Assembly: GCA_963721685.1 (NCBI GenBank) | Contig: CAVRJJ010000001.1 | Span: 212,170-276,169 of the forward strand | Direction: 5' to 3' | Origin: an uncultured bacterium | GTDB lineage: Bacteria > Patescibacteriota > Saccharimonadia > UBA4664 > SCTI01 | DNA length: 64,000 nucleotides | Shown: in pieces, positions 59,786 to 64,000 of the stretch | How positions within the stretch are numbered: the stretch's first letter is position 1 | Layout of the letters: every line of letters starts with the position of its first letter | Notes under the pieces: model-generated | The model's database searches: none | Told to the model about the DNA's origin: nothing | What the model saw: only the letters and a program-made list of their open reading frames with translations | Position numbers and translations under genes: made by a program

Positions 59786-60967
59786 GTGTATATGAACGAT
59801 AGCGGCAAAGATCCTGAAATTGAAGATATCCAGATAAGTAGCAACAACGATTCGCCTGCCGGGGGAGCGCCCTTTCCGGCACCGCCGGAGCCGCCGCCGG
59901 AACCAAGTAAATGGACTCGCCTCAAGGGCTTTTTGGCAACCCACCGTACCCGCGTTATTATTGCGGCCGGTCTTCTGCTTATCGCGCCCGTCGCGATATG
60001 GTCATACATGCAGACCACCAAACCGATTACCCCGGTTTCAAAAACCGTTAAAGTCCCCAAGAAGCCGCCCAAGCCAACGACCAAAGCCTCATTGTTAACC
60101 GGTGTAGAGATGGAGCCGGCAATAGCCGACCGCGCCCTGAGGGCCGTTATTATTGAAAATTCTCCTGAAGCGCGCCCCCAATCCGGCCTTAGCCAGGCGG
60201 GCGTTGTATATGAAGCGTTAGCCGAAGGCGGTATAACCCGGTTTCTAACCTTCTTCGTTGAAAACCAACCGCCCTCCATTGGGCCGGTGCGAAGTTTGCG
60301 CCCCTATTTCAGTGATTGGTCACTTGAATACGCTTCTCCCATTGTGCACGCCGGCGGTAGCGCCGAGGCGCTTGGCCAGGTTATTCCCTTGCAAGTGAAA
60401 AGCCTTAACGCGCTTGGGGGCGGGGTGGGCTCGTATTTTACGCGGGCAAGCGACCGCTACGCGCCACACAACCTCTACATCACCAATGAGGCTCTCGACC
60501 GGCTGCTTCAGGCCAACAACTACACCCAACCAGCCCAGTTTACTCCTAATGCCCGCAAGAAAGATGAGCCGCCAACCACGCCGGCCCACGCCATCATCGG
60601 CATCGATTATTCCTATAGCGGGTTTCAGGTTGAGTATCGTTACAACCAGACCTGCAACTGTTATGACCGGTTTATGGCGGGGGGGCCACATATAGACCGC
60701 AATACCGGTGCGCAAATCCAAGTTAAGAATGTCGTGGTTCAGTATATGCCAACCAGCTATGATGGCACCGGTCACGCCATTATGGGCACCCCTGGCAGCG
60801 GAAAAACCATAGTTTTTCGAGACGGGGGAGCGGTAGAAGGAACGTGGACGAAAGCCGCCCACACCGAGCGGACCAAGCTACTGGATCCGGCCGGCAAAGA
60901 AATTCCCCTCAATAGGGGAAATACCTGGTACGCGATTGTCCCGGACAACCGTACCGTCAGCTTTTAG
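59786..60967 (+). CDS. DUF3048 (YerB-like) family lipoprotein/secreted protein
   Basis: PEARPQSGLSQAGVVYEALAEGGITRFLTFF...IGPVRSLRPYF...VHAGGS matches the DUF3048 core. Confidence 0.6.
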   Translation: MYMNDSGKDPEIEDIQISSNNDSPAGGAPFPAPPEPPPEPSKWTRLKGFLATHRTRVIIAAGLLLIAPVAIWSYMQTTKPITPVSKTVKVPKKPPKPTTKASLLTGVEMEPAIADRALRAVIIENSPEARPQSGLSQAGVVYEALAEGGITRFLTFFVENQPPSIGPVRSLRPYFSDWSLEYASPIVHAGGSAEALGQVIPLQVKSLNALGGGVGSYFTRASDRYAPHNLYITNEALDRLLQANNYTQPAQFTPNARKKDEPPTTPAHAIIGIDYSYSGFQVEYRYNQTCNCYDRFMAGGPHIDRNTGAQIQVKNVVVQYMPTSYDGTGHAIMGTPGSGKTIVFRDGGAVEGTWTKAAHTERTKLLDPAGKEIPLNRGNTWYAIVPDNRTVSF

Positions 60968-60977
60968 CGCTCAACTA

Positions 60978-61481
60978 CTACTCTACGCCCAACAGTTCAA
61001 TCTCAAAGACTAGGGTTGAATCGGGCGGTATGCTGGCCCCGGCACCCCGGCTGCCATAACCAAGCTCGGGCGGGATAACCAGCTTACGCTTGCCGCCGAC
61101 CTTCATGCCTTCAACGCCTTGATCCCATCCCTTGATAACCCGGCCACCGCCAAGCGGAAAGCTAAACGATTCGTTACGGTCATACGAGCTGTCAAATTTA
61201 GTGCCGTCAGTTAACGTTCCCACATAGTTAACGGTAACGTTCTTGCCGGCCACCGCTTCAGCGCCGGTTCCTACTTTTATATCGGTTTTTTGCAATTCCA
61301 TAACAGCTCCTTGGTTAGGTTTTTCACTTATCCGGGGAGCTTTTTCACTACCACCACTTAGAGAATCCTGCTGCTTTGAATCAGGAGCAATAGCGCTGCG
61401 GTTAAAGAAAAGGGTGGTTCCAGCTACCAACGCTACAATAACTACCACCCCTCCAATACCCACAGCCGTACTTCGATTCAT
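60978..61481 (-). CDS. membrane-anchored FKBP-type peptidyl-prolyl cis-trans isomerase
   Basis: [62 protein letters not shown]. Confidence 0.9.
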   Translation of the reverse strand: MNRSTAVGIGGVVVIVALVAGTTLFFNRSAIAPDSKQQDSLSGGSEKAPRISEKPNQGAVMELQKTDIKVGTGAEAVAGKNVTVNYVGTLTDGTKFDSSYDRNESFSFPLGGGRVIKGWDQGVEGMKVGGKRKLVIPPELGYGSRGAGASIPPDSTLVFEIELLGVE

Positions 61482-61516
61482 AGGTATTTAGTATACCAAA
61501 CGCCGCTTTGTAGCCG

Positions 61517-62158
61517 CTAGTAGCAGGTGCTGGGCCAAGGGCTACAGCCGCGCCGCGCAAAAGTATCGGCGGCTTTAGCGTCCTGAACCTCTGGCGGTGC
61601 ATCCGAAGCTACCCGGTAGCCGCCGTAGTTGTTCCAGGTACCAACATCATACTGGTAGGCGCCGTAGTACCCGTTACCGGTGTTGGTGGCGTAATTGCCA
61701 CCGGATTCACGCATCCGAATGCGGCTTAAAATGTCCCCGCTCGGAGCCGAGCCGGTTACCACTTTGTTCTGCCGGGAGGTGTTGTAGCCTTGCTGAGCGG
61801 AACTGGCAACAGCCACTACGGGTTCACCATAGCCAGCTGGCAGCGGCCGCTCAACGGTAGGCTCGGTTGGAACAATAAGTTCTTGTCCGGGATTAATTTG
61901 GTCGGGGTGCTGCAGATCGGTATTGGCATTCCACAACGGCCGCCAGCTTTCCAGCTGATTGCCTGCCGCTATAGAGGCAAGGGATTCGCCCCCGGCAACT
62001 ACGTGTTTTTGAATTGGTTTTTCAGGTGCTTTTTCTGCCGTTTCCGCGGCAGCTACCGCTTTACCGGGTTTAATCTTAGAGTCCTCGGACTGTACCTTAC
62101 CCACATTTAAGGGAATGGTAGCTGCTACTAGCAGCATCACAAAAATAAATCGACGCAT
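61517..62158 (-). CDS. secreted LysM-domain protein with C-terminal Rpf-like (transglycosylase-like) domain
   Basis: LysM segment HVVAGGESLASIA...GQELIVP. C-terminus ESGGNYATNTGNGYYGAYQYDVGTWNNYGG...CSPWPSTC has the Transglycosylase-like/Rpf pattern. Confidence 0.7.
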   Translation of the reverse strand: MRRFIFVMLLVAATIPLNVGKVQSEDSKIKPGKAVAAAETAEKAPEKPIQKHVVAGGESLASIAAGNQLESWRPLWNANTDLQHPDQINPGQELIVPTEPTVERPLPAGYGEPVVAVASSAQQGYNTSRQNKVVTGSAPSGDILSRIRMRESGGNYATNTGNGYYGAYQYDVGTWNNYGGYRVASDAPPEVQDAKAADTFARRGCSPWPSTCY

Positions 62159-62436
62159 AGTATTCCTTCGTTATTGATTGTAAACCCACTGGCATAAACC
62201 CGATAAGGCCGCTCACACAGGGCACAGGGAGGTAAGCTACCAGAGCCTAAAAAGTAGGTCAATAGGGCATACTCACAAAAATTGACATGATTGACACGCA
62301 AATTACCCACTTTTTAACCTGTTCCAAGCACAAGCTAAAAATGTGGAGTTTTAGGTTTTCAAAACGCTTGAAAGTGGTATAGTAGCTTCACGGCGGCCCA
62401 ATTCGGTGGGTCACCAATCGACCCGAAAGGGGAAAT

Positions 62437-62751
62437 ATGTCGCTCTTTGAGCAGAAGCAGTCACTGCCCGTCAGAGTTAGGCGGCAAGCGGTAGGCGCAA
62501 CTTGCCAAGTGGCAAACGTGGTCTTAAGGAATGCCAGCGGTGGCATCTGGATTGGCTTCGCCGTAGGAGCCAACCAGTACACAAAGAACCTGGCCAAACG
62601 TCAGGAACGGGCAGTCCAGCAGCGGCGCTCACTGCCCAAGTTCTCGTGGACGGAGATGTTCCTCGAGTCCAGCGATTTCGCTTTGGTGGGTGGCTGCGTT
62701 GGCCTTGCAGCCTCCACAGCCAATGGCGTCATCCGCTGGATCACGGACTAG
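62437..62751 (+). CDS. hypothetical small protein with two Gly-rich hydrophobic segments; high-GC ORF
   Basis: RBS GAAAGGGG. Contains GGIWIGFAVGANQY and LVGGCVGLAASTANGVI. Confidence 0.4.
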   Translation: MSLFEQKQSLPVRVRRQAVGATCQVANVVLRNASGGIWIGFAVGANQYTKNLAKRQERAVQQRRSLPKFSWTEMFLESSDFALVGGCVGLAASTANGVIRWITD

Positions 62752-62777
62752 CCCGGCCAGCTTCGAAAGGGGATGTG

Positions 62778-62996
62778 ATGTCTGAACTGCCTGAGTGGCT
62801 GAGGACGATTCGCGGTGCTACGCTTCTGGGGGTAGCATGGGCTGCACTCATCACCCTCGGTAACCCAACCGAGAGGCGCAGGTTCATCTACTACGCGCGG
62901 ATGCTCGGCGGAGGCGGCGCGGCAGCGGGCGCAGCTGTTGTGATCACCAACGCAGCCACTGACTGGACGATGTCGAAGGTGGCATTCTGGCGCTAG
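62778..62996 (+). CDS. hypothetical small membrane protein (glycine-zipper-like 2-TM); high-GC ORF
   Basis: RBS GAAAGGGGATG. Contains LLGVAWAALITLG and GGGGAAAGAAVVITNAA. Confidence 0.4.
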   Translation: MSELPEWLRTIRGATLLGVAWAALITLGNPTERRRFIYYARMLGGGGAAAGAAVVITNAATDWTMSKVAFWR

Positions 62997-63102
62997 CCCA
63001 CCGCCGCTTCAACGAACACGCACGCGAGGGGGAGAGCTTCACCGCTCACCTCCTCGCCGCGTTGACACCCCATTACCGAAACGTCATCATATAATTTGAT
63101 CC

Positions 63103-64000
63103 ATGACAACCACACCAAAACTTCATTTTCTGCCCGGCAACACCATTACAACGCTTGTGAATGGCGAAGAAACCTATCCGGCAATGCTGAAAGCCATCCA
63201 TAAAGCCAAAACTTCAATTTATTTTGCCAATTTTTGCGTCCAAAAGGGGAAAGCTTCCGACTTATTTTACCAACCCCTGCTCAACGCTGCCCGCCGCGGT
63301 GTTAAGATCTACATTCTTCTAGACGCTTACGGCGCTGAAAAAACCGATCCCAAGCATCTGTCCGATATGCGCACCGACCACATTGACATCGCGTGGTTTA
63401 ATCCCAGGCAAAAGCTTCGCCCCCTGCGCTACAATAAGCGTTTGCATAAAAAGTTGTTAATAGTTGACAACATCATTGGATTTACCGGCGGAATTGGTAT
63501 TGCTGACTTATGGTTAAACGGCGCAAACTATCCCGCTCCCTGGCGCGACACCCATTTTCAACTTAAAGGCCCAATTGTCGGAGAGATGGCAGGATCATTC
63601 ATCCGCAGCTGGAATCGCTTTAGTACCGTGCAGCTACCAGAACAAAAGCCCATAACCGCGCCCGCCAAAGAGGGGACAGTCCCGATGGCGCTGGTTGACA
63701 CGGCACCGCTAAGCCCAACGAATAGGGATCTTACCACTCTTTATGAGGAACTTATTCGACAAGCCATCCATTCTATTGATATTTCAACCGCTTACTTCGG
63801 CCCAGCTGCTCGTCTCCGCCGCTCGCTGGTCGAGGCAGCTAACAGGGGAGTGAAGATTCGCATCCTTACCAACGGACCGCACCCTTCCCACCAAGTCGCA
63901 ATGCAAGCCGGCCGTTCCTACTATATGGGTCTCTTAAGAGCAGGTACTGAAATTTACGAGTACCAGCCAACTAAAACCCACAGCAAACTCATTGTTATTG
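63103..64000 (+). CDS. phospholipase D / cardiolipin-synthase-family protein, 3' end outside window
   Basis: Not in the ORF track because no stop lies in the window. Translation MTTTPKLHFLPGNTITTLVNGEETYPAMLKAI...HKKLLIVDN (HxKx4D motif). Confidence 0.75.
   Translation, partial: MTTTPKLHFLPGNTITTLVNGEETYPAMLKAIHKAKTSIYFANFCVQKGKASDLFYQPLLNAARRGVKIYILLDAYGAEKTDPKHLSDMRTDHIDIAWFNPRQKLRPLRYNKRLHKKLLIVDNIIGFTGGIGIADLWLNGANYPAPWRDTHFQLKGPIVGEMAGSFIRSWNRFSTVQLPEQKPITAPAKEGTVPMALVDTAPLSPTNRDLTTLYEELIRQAIHSIDISTAYFGPAARLRRSLVEAANRGVKIRILTNGPHPSHQVAMQAGRSYYMGLLRAGTEIYEYQPTKTHSKLIVI

Noticed and set aside
1-64000. Integron, transposon or prophage boundaries for the high-GC cassettes
   Set aside because: No integrase, transposase, capsid or terminase genes or classic attC structure were recognised in the window. 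The mobility mechanism remains unknown and may be encoded elsewhere.

Overview
This 64-kb window comes from a compact bacterial genome of about 45-52% GC with many overlapping gene junctions. Housekeeping content includes a complete cyoABCDE terminal-oxidase operon, GH13 alpha-glucosidase, CFA synthase, archaeal-type PEP carboxylase, glutamate dehydrogenase, a DEAD-box helicase, TsaC, Mpg, endonuclease IV, a secreted thermonuclease, a RecD-like helicase, MreB, GluRS, an FKBP isomerase and a LysM/Rpf-like transglycosylase. A 13-kb locus (36127..49445, minus strand) encodes four giant repeat-rich surface proteins with BNR/Asp-box, LVIVD, Ig-like and parallel beta-helix repeats. It is followed by tRNA-Leu(CAA) and a class-E-like sortase, then a cell-envelope glycosylation cluster (O-antigen-ligase-like, GT4, WecB/TagA). 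The gene content fits a reduced-genome Patescibacteria/Saccharibacteria-like epibiont, but that is inference only. The most unusual signal is at least five short islands of very high-GC, high-GC3 (actinobacterial-like) ORFs set in intergenic positions. Three of them (391..909, 3478..3864, 22320..22748) each carry a consensus host-type promoter (TTGACA-N17/18-TGnTATTAT), an RBS and a strong GC-rich hairpin. Two of these bracket the MMPL transporter gene and each ends in a near-identical 42-bp junction motif. The other two (5189..5677, 62437..62996) have only weaker promoter candidates and less clean hairpins. A 71%-identical, ungapped 75-nt intergenic element with a GGATACT/AGTATCC inverted repeat recurs upstream of two genes. 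The 9-mer AAGCATAAG recurs upstream of five genes. There is also a low-GC island carrying a Cys-rich small ORF. At least eight genes are split by single-nucleotide indels, six of them at G, T or C homopolymer runs, which points to sequencing error rather than pseudogenisation. No rRNA, CRISPR array, transposase or integrase was recognised.
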